Shown one piece after another: positions 47,992 through 56,790 of a stretch of 64,000 nucleotides of DNA; positions within the stretch are counted from its first letter, which is position 1, and the number at the start of each line of letters is the position of its first letter. Origin of the DNA: an uncultured Acidimicrobiaceae bacterium (GTDB taxonomy: Bacteria; Actinomycetota; Acidimicrobiia; Acidimicrobiales; RAAP-2); the NCBI GenBank assembly GCA_963769095.1, contig CAVYKO010000009.1:15510-79509 (forward strand), read 5' to 3'. The position numbers and the translations under genes are program-made. The notes beneath the pieces were generated by a model, which had not been told where the DNA came from, did not search any database, and worked only from the letters and a program-made list of their open reading frames with translations.

Positions 47992-49700
47992 GTGGCCGCA
48001 GCCCGCCGGGCCCGCACCCTTCCGCTGCGCACGGCCGCGGCGTACGTCGCCGTCGGCACCGGCGTGTCCCGGGTCACCGGCCTGCTCCGCTTCGTCGCGC
48101 TGGCCTGGGCCCTGGGTCAGACGCCCCTCGCCGACTCCTACAACCTGGCCAACACGACGCCCAACATGCTCTACGACGTCGTGCTCGGCGGGGTCCTCTC
48201 GGCGACGTTCATCCCCGTCTTCGTCGAGCGGCTGGCCAAACGCAGCGAGGAGGAGGCCTTCGAATCCATCTCGGCGGTGATCACGGTCTCGGTGGTCGTC
48301 CTCCTGGCCACCACGATCGCCGCGCTCGTGGCGGCGCCGTACCTCATCGACGCCCTGACCGCGCTCGACACCCACGGCCACCCGAACCAGCTGCACCGCG
48401 TCGCGCTGGAGCGGGAGGTCGCCACGACGTTCCTGCGCTGGTTCGTCATCCAGATCGCCGCGTACGGGCTCTTCGCGCTCGGTGCGGCACTGCTCAATAC
48501 CGCGCCGCCGTTTCGTCGCCGTGGCGTGGGCGCCGATCGTCAACAACATCGTGTGCATCGGCATCCTGGTGTGGTTCGGGCTCTGGGCCGGCCACGGCGC
48601 CTCCCTCGCCTCCGTCGAGCAACACCGCGGCCAGCTGGTCCTGCTCGGCCTCGGGACCTCGCTCGGTGTCGTGTTCCAGGGCGTCTCCCTCATCCCGAGC
48701 CTGCGCCAGGCCAACCTGCGGCTGTTGCGCTGGCGCTGGAACCTGCACGACGACGCACTGCACGACGTCGCCCGCCTCGGCGCCTGGACCTTCGGCTTCG
48801 TCGTGGCCAACCAGATCGCCCTGTTCATCGTCACCGTGCTCGCAGGCTCGGTCGACGGGACCCGACCCCGTCTCCTCGTACACGTACGCCTACGCCTTCT
48901 TCCAGCTGCCTTACGGGATCATCGCCGTCACCGTCATGTCCGTCGTGGCACCCGATCTGGCGGAGAAGTGGTCGACCAACCAGACCGCGGCGTTCCTGCA
49001 TCGCATGAGCGGAGGGCTCCGTGCCGTGCTCGCCCTCGTCATCCCCTCGGCCGTCGGCATGCTGCTGTTGGCCAAACCGGCGGTGGCGCTCCTCCTCGGC
49101 ATCGGCCACAGCACTCCGGCGGAGACGGCCACGACGGGCGCCGCACTCGCCATGTTCGCCCTCGGGCTGCCCGGCTTCTGCGCCTACCTCTACTTCGTCC
49201 GGGTGCTCCAGGCCATGCAGCGGACCAAGGTGGCCTTCTTCCTCTACCTGGTGGAGAACGCGCTCAACATCGTCCTGGCGCTCGCCCTCGTGCACCCGCT
49301 CGGCGTGCGGGGTCTCGCGCTCTCCCTCTCCATCGCCTACACCGTCGCCGCGCTGTTGGCTCTTGCCGTGTTCCACCAGTGGTTCGGCCGCCTCGCGCCG
49401 TCCGAAGCATGGGCGCCGCTGTGGCGGGTCGTCATCGCGTCCATCCCGATGGGGATCGTCGTGCTCGTGGTCTCCAACCTGTCGGCGTCGACCACCACTG
49501 CCGGGTTGCTCGCTCGCGTCCTCGGGTCGGTCGTCGCCGGCGGCGCGACCTTCGCCGCCGTGGTGATCTGGCTGGGCCGCCGACACGACGCCGCCCGCCG
49601 CCGGCCCCCGCCGCCACCACCATCGGCGCCCCCGCCACCGCCGCTGCGATCCTTCGGCGAGTCCAGCCCCCGCGCCCGCATCGTCCCCTATCGCCCCTGA
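47992..49700 (+). CDS. murJ: Lipid II flippase MurJ/MviN (two apparent frameshifts, ~48500 and ~48860)
   Basis: Three pieces: ORF 47992..49008 (VSRVTGLLRFVALAWALGQTPLADSYNLANTTPNMLYDVVLGGVLSATFIPVF), ORF 48482..49786 (FVAVAWAPIVNNIVCIG...) and ORF 48666..49700 (YTYAYAFFQLPYGIIAVTV...RVLQAMQRTKVAFFLYLVENALNI). It has a Pro-rich tail and no pseudokinase domain. Confidence 0.88.
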
Positions 49701-49764
49701 TCAACCGGGCCGTGGGCGCTGTCTCGCCTGCTCGCGTCCGCTCCTCCGTGGCAGACTCCCTCCC

Positions 49765-50625
49765 ATGCCCGGCGTCCACATCGTGACCGACAGTGCCTGC
49801 GACCTGACCGACCAGCTCGTCAAGGAACACGGCGTGATCGTCGTGCCGCTGACCATCCGCTTCGGCACCGAGGAGTTCGAGGACCGCCGTCAGCTCAGCC
49901 CAGCAGAGTTCTGGGAGCGTTGCCACGGCAAGGGCGATCTGCCCGAGACGGCCGCGCCGTCGCCCGGCGCCTTTCAGGGGGCGTTCCAACAGGCCGTCGA
50001 CGAGGGGGCCGACGCCGTCCTGTGCCTCACCATCTCGTCGAAGGTCTCGGGCACGTTCGCCTCGGCGAAGACCGCGGCCGACTCCTTCTCCGCCGCGCCC
50101 GTCCGCGTCGTCGATACGTACTCCCTCACCATGGGCCAGGGCCTGCTCGTCATCGCGGCCGCCGAAGATGCCGCCGCCGGAGCGAGCATCGACGACATCG
50201 TGGCGTCGACCGAGGACCGCATCCCCCGCACCAGGATCTACGGGGTGTTGGGCGGGCTCGAACACCTCCACCGCGGCGGCCGGATCGGTGGTGCACGCGC
50301 CCTGCTCGGTTCGCTCCTCAACATCAAGCCGGTCATCCAGCTCAAGGACGGCGAGGTGGCCGAGGAGTCCAAGCAACGCACCCGGGCCCGGGCGATCGCG
50401 TACCTCATCGACAAGGTCAAGGCCGACGCCCCGCTCGAGCGGGTCGCCCTGGCCGAGGGCGGCTGCGACGACCTCGCCGACGTCACGGCCAGGCTCGAGG
50501 GCCTCGCGACCGAGCACCCGCTGCTCAGCGTCGACCTGGGCCCGGTCGTCGGGACCCACGCCGGGCCCAACACGGTGGGCGTCTGCTACATCATCCCAGC
50601 CAGCGGCGCCCGAACCGGCGAGTAA
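49765..50625 (+). CDS. DegV-family fatty-acid-binding protein
   Basis: ORF 49765..50625. HIVTDSACDL, ETAAPSPGAF, ISSKVSGTF and GGRIGGARALLGSLLNIKPV are typical DegV signatures. Confidence 0.85.
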   Translation: MPGVHIVTDSACDLTDQLVKEHGVIVVPLTIRFGTEEFEDRRQLSPAEFWERCHGKGDLPETAAPSPGAFQGAFQQAVDEGADAVLCLTISSKVSGTFASAKTAADSFSAAPVRVVDTYSLTMGQGLLVIAAAEDAAAGASIDDIVASTEDRIPRTRIYGVLGGLEHLHRGGRIGGARALLGSLLNIKPVIQLKDGEVAEESKQRTRARAIAYLIDKVKADAPLERVALAEGGCDDLADVTARLEGLATEHPLLSVDLGPVVGTHAGPNTVGVCYIIPASGARTGE

Positions 50626-50653
50626 CCCGGGGTCCGGCGGGTAGTCTCAGCCC

Positions 50654-50956
50654 GTGGCAGAGAACGATATTTCCGACGCGCTGTCCGGCCGTGCCCTCGA
50701 CACGATCGACTCGGTGGTGGCCACGGTCAACGACCGTGCGGTCCGCCCGGCCATCGTGGCCGCCCGTGGCATCGTCTTCGGCGTCATCATCGCCGTCGTC
50801 GGCATCACCGTCATCATCATGTTCTGCATCGGGTTCATCCGGCTGACGACGATCGCCGGCCACCGGATCTGGGCCTCCTACCTCGTCCTCGGACTCATCT
50901 TCAGCGCCGTCGGCGCCATCCTCTACTCCCGAAGGGGCGTTCCGCCCAGTGCCTGA
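50654..50956 (+). CDS. Small membrane protein (two TM helices)
   Basis: ORF 50654..50956. The helices are [23 protein letters not shown] and [18 protein letters not shown]. It overlaps the trxB start by 8 nt. Confidence 0.55.
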   Translation: MAENDISDALSGRALDTIDSVVATVNDRAVRPAIVAARGIVFGVIIAVVGITVIIMFCIGFIRLTTIAGHRIWASYLVLGLIFSAVGAILYSRRGVPPSA

Positions 50957-51911
50957 GCGCCGCAAGGTCGTCATCATCGGGAGCGGGCCGGCCGGTCTCA
51001 CCGCCGCGCTGTACTCGGCGCGCGCCCAGCTCGAACCGCTCGTCTACGAGGGCGAGCCCTCGTCGACCAGCGACCAGCCCGGCGGCCAGCTGATGCTCAC
51101 GACCGAGGTCGAGAACTACCCCGGCTTCGTCGACGGGATCATGGGCCCCGAGCTCATGGGCGTCATGCGGGCGCAGGCCAAGCGGTTCGACGCCGAGATC
51201 CGCACGGAGAGGGTCAGCCGCATCGAGGTCTCCCCCTGGCCGTTCGAGGTCTGGGTCGGTGACCCCAATGCCGACGAGCCCACCGCGCTCGCCGACACGC
51301 TGATCATCGCCACCGGCGCCCGCTCCCTCATGCTCGGCCTCCCCAACGAGGAGCGACTGCTCGGCTACGGCGTCTCCACCTGCGCCACCTGCGACGGGTT
51401 CTTCTTCCGCGACCAGCACATCGCGGTCGTCGGCGGCGGGGACTCGGCCATGGAAGAGGCGCTCTTCCTGTCCCGGTTCGGCTCCAAGGTCTCCCTGGTC
51501 CACCGGCGCGACGAGCTCAGGGCCTCCAAGATCATGCAGGACCGCGCCCGGGCCAATCCCAAGATCGACTTCAAGTGGAACAGCACGGTCATCGACATCG
51601 AGGGCGACACCAAGGTGAGCGGCCTCAGGCTCAGGGACACGGTCACCGGCGAGGAGTCCGAGCTCGATGCGACCGGCCTCTTCGTCGCCATCGGCCACGA
51701 GCCCAACACCGCCCTGCTCAAGGGTCAGATCGAATTCGACGACATGGGTTACGTCAAGACCTTCGACGGCACCACCCGGACCAACGTGAACGGGGTGTTC
51801 GCCTGCGGCGACGTCCAGGACCACTACTACCGCCAGGCGGTCACCTCGGCCGGGTCCGGCTGCATGGCGGCGATCGACGCCGAGCGCTGGCTCGAGGAGA
51901 TGGGCGAGTAA
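50949..51911 (+). CDS. trxB: Thioredoxin reductase
   Basis: ORF 50949..51911. [12 protein letters not shown], redox centre [24 protein letters not shown]. Confidence 0.95.
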   Translation: MPERRKVVIIGSGPAGLTAALYSARAQLEPLVYEGEPSSTSDQPGGQLMLTTEVENYPGFVDGIMGPELMGVMRAQAKRFDAEIRTERVSRIEVSPWPFEVWVGDPNADEPTALADTLIIATGARSLMLGLPNEERLLGYGVSTCATCDGFFFRDQHIAVVGGGDSAMEEALFLSRFGSKVSLVHRRDELRASKIMQDRARANPKIDFKWNSTVIDIEGDTKVSGLRLRDTVTGEESELDATGLFVAIGHEPNTALLKGQIEFDDMGYVKTFDGTTRTNVNGVFACGDVQDHYYRQAVTSAGSGCMAAIDAERWLEEMGE

Positions 51912-51980
51912 GGACCCCCAGGTCCTGGTCGGGAACAGAACCAGGGGTCACGACGTTGCACCCCGTGACAAGGAGATGGA

Positions 51981-52307
51981 ATGAGCGAGAAGATTGAGAC
52001 CCTCACCGACGCTACCTTTGACGAGAATGTCAAGGGTTCCGACGTGCCCGTCCTGGTGGACTTCTGGGCCGAATGGTGTGGCCCGTGCAAGATGATCACC
52101 CCGGTGTTGGAGGAGATCGCGGAGGAGCAGGCGGGCAAGGTTCGGATCGCGAAGCTCAACATCGACGACAACCTCGACGTGACGCGACGCTTCGACGTGA
52201 TGAGCATCCCGACGCTGATCTTGTTCAAGGACGGCGAGCCGGCGGCCCGCCTGATCGGGGCCAAGCCCAAGGCGGCGCTGCTCGAGGAGATCTCGGCCCA
52301 CCTGTAG
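51981..52307 (+). CDS. trxA: Thioredoxin
   Basis: ORF 51981..52307. WAEWCGPCK active site, 108 aa. Confidence 0.96.
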   Translation: MSEKIETLTDATFDENVKGSDVPVLVDFWAEWCGPCKMITPVLEEIAEEQAGKVRIAKLNIDDNLDVTRRFDVMSIPTLILFKDGEPAARLIGAKPKAALLEEISAHL

Positions 52308-52309
52308 GC

Positions 52310-53282
52310 CTGCCGCTCGCGGTCGGCGACCGCGGCCCAGCTGTCTCCGACGTCCAGCACCGCCTTACCGCCATCCTCCCGGGCGCGCCCGTCGATGCGG
52401 ACGGCATCTTCGGCCCGGCCACCCGCGCCGCCGTGCAGGCCTTCCAACGCCTGCCGCGGCCTGCGCGTCGACGGCGTCTGCGGCGCGCAGACATGGAACA
52501 CGCTGGTCGAGGCCGGTTTTCGGCTCGGCGACCGCTTCGTGTACCGCCGGACTCCGATGCTGCGGGGTGACGACGTGGCCGAGCTCCAACAGCGCCTGTG
52601 CACGCTCGGGTTCGACACGGGCCGCATCGACGGCATCTTCGGTGACGAGACGGTGCGGGCACTCGGCGAGTTCCAGCGCAATGCCGGCGTGCCCGCCGAC
52701 GGCATCGTCGGCGGGGCGACGTTGCGGGAACTGCTGCGACTCGAGAGCCGTCACGACGACCCCGCCCTGGTCTCGCTGGTCCGTGAGCGCGCCGCCCTGC
52801 GCGACGCCCCACCCACTCTCCGCGGCCGTCACGTGGCGATCGGCGAGAGCGGCGGGCTCGGCAGCGTCACCGGTGCCCTGCGCCGGCGCCTCACTCTCGC
52901 CGGCACTCGGGTGACCGAGCTCCACCACCCCGACGCGTCCGTCCAGGCCAAGGAGGCCAACGAGCTGGCCGTCGACGTGTTCATCGGGCTGCGCCTCAAC
53001 CCGTCGATCCCGTCGTGCCGCACCGCGTTCTGGTCCGGAACCCACGACGAGTCCCCCGGCGGCCGCGCCTTGGCCGAGTTCGTCCAGGGTGCGGTGCCCA
53101 AGGCACTCGGCGTGGAGGACGGTGGTGTGCACGGCATGTCGGTGCCGCTCCTGCGCGAGACCCGGATGCCCGCGGTGCTCGTCGAGGTCGGCCCGGCGAG
53201 CACCGTCGTGGAGCAGGCCCCGGCCCTCGCCAGCGCCCTTTCGGCGGCGCTGGGCCACTGGGCCGACGCTTCCTGGGACTGA
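52310..53282 (+). CDS. cwlM: CwlM-like N-acetylmuramoyl-L-alanine amidase with two peptidoglycan-binding domains (apparent frameshift ~52445; start unclear)
   Basis: The first PG-binding repeat (GDRGPAVSDVQHRL...DADGIFGPATRAAVQAFQ) is in the frame of ORF 52073..52570. The remainder is ORF 52395..53282 (GLRVDGVCGAQTW; second repeat IDGIFGDETVRALGEFQ; amidase_3 part VDVFIGLRLN...PLLRETRMPAVLVEVG). There is no ATG/GTG/TTG start after the trxA stop. Confidence 0.8.
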
Positions 53283-53294
53283 CTTGCCTCAGTA

Positions 53295-54413
53295 TTACTG
53301 GTAATCGCTACCCAGCTCACACGGCCGTGTGAAGGTACCGCGGCCCAAGCGACCGTTCTGTGACCAACGGCTCCATCGGGTGAACCAAGTGACAATCCAC
53401 AACATCATGCACAGGTTGTGGATGAAGCTGAACCGACCCTTGACAGTTGCGCGAACTACCGCGACGCCTCCGTCACCAACCATGGCGCGATAGATGCGCT
53501 CGAGGTCCTCGAGCGTGGCGAACTCCACGACCAGGCGCCCACGCCGGTTCTGAATGTCGACCTTGACTCGGGTGTTGAGATAGGTGGACAGCAGGTCCTC
53601 GAGCTCGAGGACGCCCGGCTCGGGCAGCCTCTTGATCGACGCCCGGCGCGAGCCCTGGTCGGTAGTACTTGAGGTATCACCTTTTGCATCTGCCGTTTCG
53701 TCGGCCGGCTCATCCGGGACCGGCGGCACGACCCGCAGGTCGGCGCCCCCGCTGCGCACGAGGTCTTCGACCGCCCGAACCGTCAAGCCCTCGTCGACGA
53801 TGCGCTCGACGAGGCGCTCCTGGAGCGCTCGGTCCGGCGTGCCCAGAAGGGCGCGGGCATGGCCCGCCGAGATCGTCCGTTCGGCGAGTGCGCGCTGGGC
53901 GCCGGCCGGCAGCTGCAGCAACCGCAGGGTGTTGGTGATGGTGGCCCTGCCCTTGCCCATGCGGGTCGCCACCTGCTCGTGGGTGAGGCCAAACTCGTCG
54001 ATGAGCTGCTGGTAGGCCGCCGCCTCCTCGAGTGCGTTGAGGTCGACCCGGTGCAGGTTCTCGACCAGCGCCTGCTCCAGGCTCGCCACGTCGTCGGCAC
54101 GCTGCACGAGCACCGGAATGGTCTGGAGCCCGGCCCGTCGGGCCGCACGCCAGCGCCGCTCCCCCGCGATCAGCTCGTAGGTCTCCGCCTCGTCGTGCAG
54201 CTCGCGCACCAGGACCGGCTGCAGCAGGCCTACGGCCTTGATCGAGGCGGCCAGTGAGGCCATCGACTCCTCGTCGAAGTGGCTCCGGGGTTGAAAGGCG
54301 TTCGGGCGGATGTGCGAGATCGGCACCACCCGGAGGACGGAGTCAGAGTCCCCGACCGCCTCACTGGGGATGAGGGCGCTGAGCCCCTTACCGAGTCCGC
54401 TGCGGCGCGCCAT
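53295..54413 (-). CDS. parB: Chromosome partitioning protein ParB (C-terminal ~60 codons probably read-through)
   Basis: ORF 53295..54413(-). GLGKGLSALIP, IRPNAFQPR, GLLQPVLVR, LIAGERRWRAA and HTH LTHEQVATRMGKGRATITNTLRLL. The conserved end is ...VVEFATLEDLERIYRAM (~53485). Beyond it the ORF runs through 56%-GC palindromic DNA. Confidence 0.9.
   Translation of the reverse strand: MARRSGLGKGLSALIPSEAVGDSDSVLRVVPISHIRPNAFQPRSHFDEESMASLAASIKAVGLLQPVLVRELHDEAETYELIAGERRWRAARRAGLQTIPVLVQRADDVASLEQALVENLHRVDLNALEEAAAYQQLIDEFGLTHEQVATRMGKGRATITNTLRLLQLPAGAQRALAERTISAGHARALLGTPDRALQERLVERIVDEGLTVRAVEDLVRSGGADLRVVPPVPDEPADETADAKGDTSSTTDQGSRRASIKRLPEPGVLELEDLLSTYLNTRVKVDIQNRRGRLVVEFATLEDLERIYRAMVGDGGVAVVRATVKGRFSFIHNLCMMLWIVTWFTRWSRWSQNGRLGRGTFTRPCELGSDYQ
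53317..53332. promoter_or_regulatory. Perfect 16-bp palindrome TCACACGGCCGTGTGA
   Basis: Read directly at 53317-53332 in the lower-GC spacer between cwlM and the conserved end of parB. Its function is unknown. Confidence 0.4.
53393..53426. promoter_or_regulatory. Inverted pair of DnaA-box-like 9-mers (CAATCCACA / TGTGGATGA)
   Basis: ATCCACAAC (53395-53403) and GTTGTGGAT (53415-53423) are perfect 9-bp inverted repeats with an 11-nt spacer. The two 9-mers CAATCCACA and TCATCCACA (reverse strand) are identical to the two adjacent boxes at 61732-61747 in the dnaA-dnaN spacer. Confidence 0.5.
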
Positions 54414-55440
54414 CGCTTACCTCCTTCGCCAACTCGCGGTAGGCCACTGCGCCCCGCGAGGCCGGGTCGAACGTCGTAATCGGTTGCCCGAAGGACGGGG
54501 CCTCGGACAGGCGGACCGTCCGGGGGATCACGACCCGGCAGACCCGCTCGGAGAAGTGCTCGCGCACCTCGTTGGCCACGTCGACGGAGAGCCGGGTCCT
54601 GGCGTCGTACATCGTCAGGACGATCGTGGTGACCTCCAGCGTCTCGTTCAGGTTGGTCGAGACCAGGTTCACGTTGCGCAGGAGCTGACTCAGGCCCTCC
54701 AGGGCGTAGTACTCGCACTGGATCGGCACCAGGACCTCGTGGGCGGCCGCAAGGCCGTTGACGGTGATCAGACCCAACGAGGGTGGGCAGTCGATCAGAA
54801 CGAAGTCGAAATCGTCAACCACGCTCTCGATGGCCCGCCGCAGCTTGAGCTCACGGCTGAAGGCGGGGACCAACTCGATCTCTACGCCCGCCAGGTCGAT
54901 CGTGGCAGGGGCGACGAAGAGATTCTTGACGCTGGTGGGCTCGATGCAGTCCTCCAGAGGCTGGTCCCGCATGATGACGTCGTACATCGACATCTCGAAG
55001 TTTCGGGCCTCGACGCCGAGACCGGTGGTTGCGTTGCCCTGGGGATCGAGGTCTACGACCAGCACCCGATAGCCCTGCTCGGCGAGCGCCGCTCCGAGGT
55101 TCACCGTGGTCGTGGTCTTGCCGACGCCCCCCTTCTGGTTGGCGATGGCGATGACCCGGGGCAACTCACGGGCGGCCGGCTTGGACCCGTTGAGAAGCTC
55201 GTCGGCCTCGTCCCGGATGGTGGGCGGGCGCATGATCGGCTCCTCCCTCGCGGGCGGACCGGTCGTCTTCGACTTCTTTTCCGCCTTCTGCTGCTTCTTG
55301 GGCATCTCCGCCTCGGGCTCGGACTCCTCGACTGGTGTCGGGGGCGAAATTACATCCTCGGTCGGGGCCTCCCCGTGGACCGTTTCGGGCTGTGCCACTG
55401 GCTCTTCTGCGTCCTTCACCGTCTCTTCCAGGACTTCCAC
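54388..55440 (-). CDS. parA: Chromosome partitioning ATPase ParA/Soj (Pro/Ala-rich N-terminal extension may reach ~55796)
   Basis: ORF 54388..55440(-). Deviant Walker A ANQKGGVGKTTTT, VLVVDLDPQGN and VLIDCPPSLG. The same frame stays open upstream without a start codon. It joins ORF 55551..55820(-) across a G7 run (55636-55642), suggesting a frameshifted longer N-terminus. Confidence 0.9.
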   Translation of the reverse strand: MEVLEETVKDAEEPVAQPETVHGEAPTEDVISPPTPVEESEPEAEMPKKQQKAEKKSKTTGPPAREEPIMRPPTIRDEADELLNGSKPAARELPRVIAIANQKGGVGKTTTTVNLGAALAEQGYRVLVVDLDPQGNATTGLGVEARNFEMSMYDVIMRDQPLEDCIEPTSVKNLFVAPATIDLAGVEIELVPAFSRELKLRRAIESVVDDFDFVLIDCPPSLGLITVNGLAAAHEVLVPIQCEYYALEGLSQLLRNVNLVSTNLNETLEVTTIVLTMYDARTRLSVDVANEVREHFSERVCRVVIPRTVRLSEAPSFGQPITTFDPASRGAVAYRELAKEVSDGAPQRTR

Positions 55441-55540
55441 GGGTTGGGGTGGCCCCGCAGAAAAGTCCGGGCTGACGGCCGCCGCTGGGGCCGGATCCGC
55501 CGGAGCGGCGGGCTGCTCGGACGACGGCGGTGAGGGCGCT

Positions 55541-55657
55541 GGGGCGGGTGCTAGGGGAGGCGGCCGCGGCGGCGCTGGGGCTCGGAGCGGCTGGGGCAGG
55601 GGCAGGGGAGGCGGCTGGGGCCGGGGCTGGGCGTAGGGGGGGCGGCCGGGGCCGGGG
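55541..55657 (+). repeat. Cluster of 11 runs of four or more G (G-quadruplex-prone, plus strand)
   Basis: I counted GGGG or longer runs by hand at 55541, 55554, 55577, 55593, 55599, 55605, 55617, 55623, 55636 (G7), 55648 and 55654. On the minus strand this segment encodes the Pro-rich ParA N-terminal region. Confidence 0.7.
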
Positions 55658-55873
55658 CACCATTGGCGGTCTCGTCAACGTCGGAGATCAGGCTCTTCAC
55701 CGGGTCCATAGACGTCGGCCCCGGCGGAGTGACGGGATTCTGCGGCGTCTCGGTTGGGGCTGGTGTCGGTGTCTTGTCCCTGCGCCGGATGCGCATCAGG
55801 CGGGAACTCCGAATCGCCACGGCACGGCGCCTATCCTGGCGTCCCGCAGCCTGCCGGTCAAGACTTGAGCCTT

Positions 55874-55889
55874 TGTTTCACGTGGAACA
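55874..55889. promoter_or_regulatory. parS: parS site (TGTTTCACGTGGAACA)
   Basis: One mismatch to the canonical tGTTTCACGTGAAACa. It lies upstream of parA. Confidence 0.85.
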
Positions 55890-55922
55890 TGACCCTAGGG
55901 ATCGCCGGCGGGGGCAAGCTTC

Positions 55923-55938
55923 GGTTCCACGTGAAACC
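55923..55938. promoter_or_regulatory. parS: parS site (GGTTCCACGTGAAACC)
   Basis: The core GTTCCACGTGAAAC is the reverse complement of the first site's core. It lies 49 bp away from that site. Confidence 0.8.
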
Positions 55939-56028
55939 TCTCCCAGGGGGTCTCCTTGCCCCAACGACCGGGCGCTGTGTCCCCCATCTGCGGATGATCC
56001 GGGGCCCAGGGAGTCCCGGCCGGGGGAG

Positions 56029-56781
56029 TCAGAACAGGGGCCGCTTGGCCGGCATCCCGTCTCGGCGGGGGAACCGCTCGGGGCAGGGCTCGGCCTGCCG
56101 GAGCGTCTGATAGTCGAACTCCTCGTGCAGTACCTGGACCGGCTCCAGGCCGAGCTGGGCCAGCGGCTCGGGCGGCCAGCGACCCGGGGCCGGAGCCGGG
56201 GCCGGGGAGGCGCCCCCGGTGGGGGCCTCGCTGGCCTCGCCGTGGGGGTCACGCCCGCCTGGGGGCTCCGAGACGACCAGCCAGCCCCCTCGCCGCAGGA
56301 GGGGCGCAGCGCATTCCGCCACGACGGCGGGGCGGCCGAAGGACCGGGCCAGAACGCCGTCGAAGTGGCCCCGGAGGTCCGGGTCTCGCCCCGCCACCTC
56401 CGCCCGGGCCTGCAGCACGGACACCCGATCCTCGAGGCCGAGCCGGCGCACGGCATCGCTGAGAAAGGCCGTGCGGCGCCGGTTGGCATCGAGGAGAGCG
56501 AGGGAGGCGTCGGGCCAACCCAAGGCCACCACGAGGCCGGGAAGTCCGCCCCCCGATCCGAGGTCCAGCAGAACCGGCGGGGTCGGGCCGTCAGGCCAGA
56601 GGCGACGGCAGACAGCGCCAAAGCCCGCGGCGTGGCGCAGGTGGACGTCGAGGGGGCCTGGGCCCAAGAATCCGGCGGCCCGCGCCTCGTCGAGGATCTG
56701 GCGGACGAGGGGGGTGTCGGTGGTGGGGGCGCGGGCGCCCGCCGGGGTGGGGGAGGGGTCGCCGGGGTCGGTGCTCGGCAC
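56029..56781 (-). CDS. rsmG: 16S rRNA (guanine527-N7)-methyltransferase RsmG/GidB
   Basis: ORF 56029..56781(-). SAM motif LLDLGSGGGLPGLVVAL, plus LLDANRRRTAFL and ARSFG. It sits in the conserved position between jag and parA. Confidence 0.9.
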   Translation of the reverse strand: MPSTDPGDPSPTPAGARAPTTDTPLVRQILDEARAAGFLGPGPLDVHLRHAAGFGAVCRRLWPDGPTPPVLLDLGSGGGLPGLVVALGWPDASLALLDANRRRTAFLSDAVRRLGLEDRVSVLQARAEVAGRDPDLRGHFDGVLARSFGRPAVVAECAAPLLRRGGWLVVSEPPGGRDPHGEASEAPTGGASPAPAPAPGRWPPEPLAQLGLEPVQVLHEEFDYQTLRQAEPCPERFPRRDGMPAKRPLF

Positions 56782-56790
56782 CGACGGTCG

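Noticed and set aside
55500-55660. CRISPR-like or minisatellite appearance of the GGGGC(A/T)GGGG repeats
   Set aside because: The repeats are irregular in length and have no spacers of constant size. The segment is the complement of Pro/Ala-rich coding sequence. The 126-bp repeats at 33.8-34.5 kb are likewise coding blades, not a CRISPR array.
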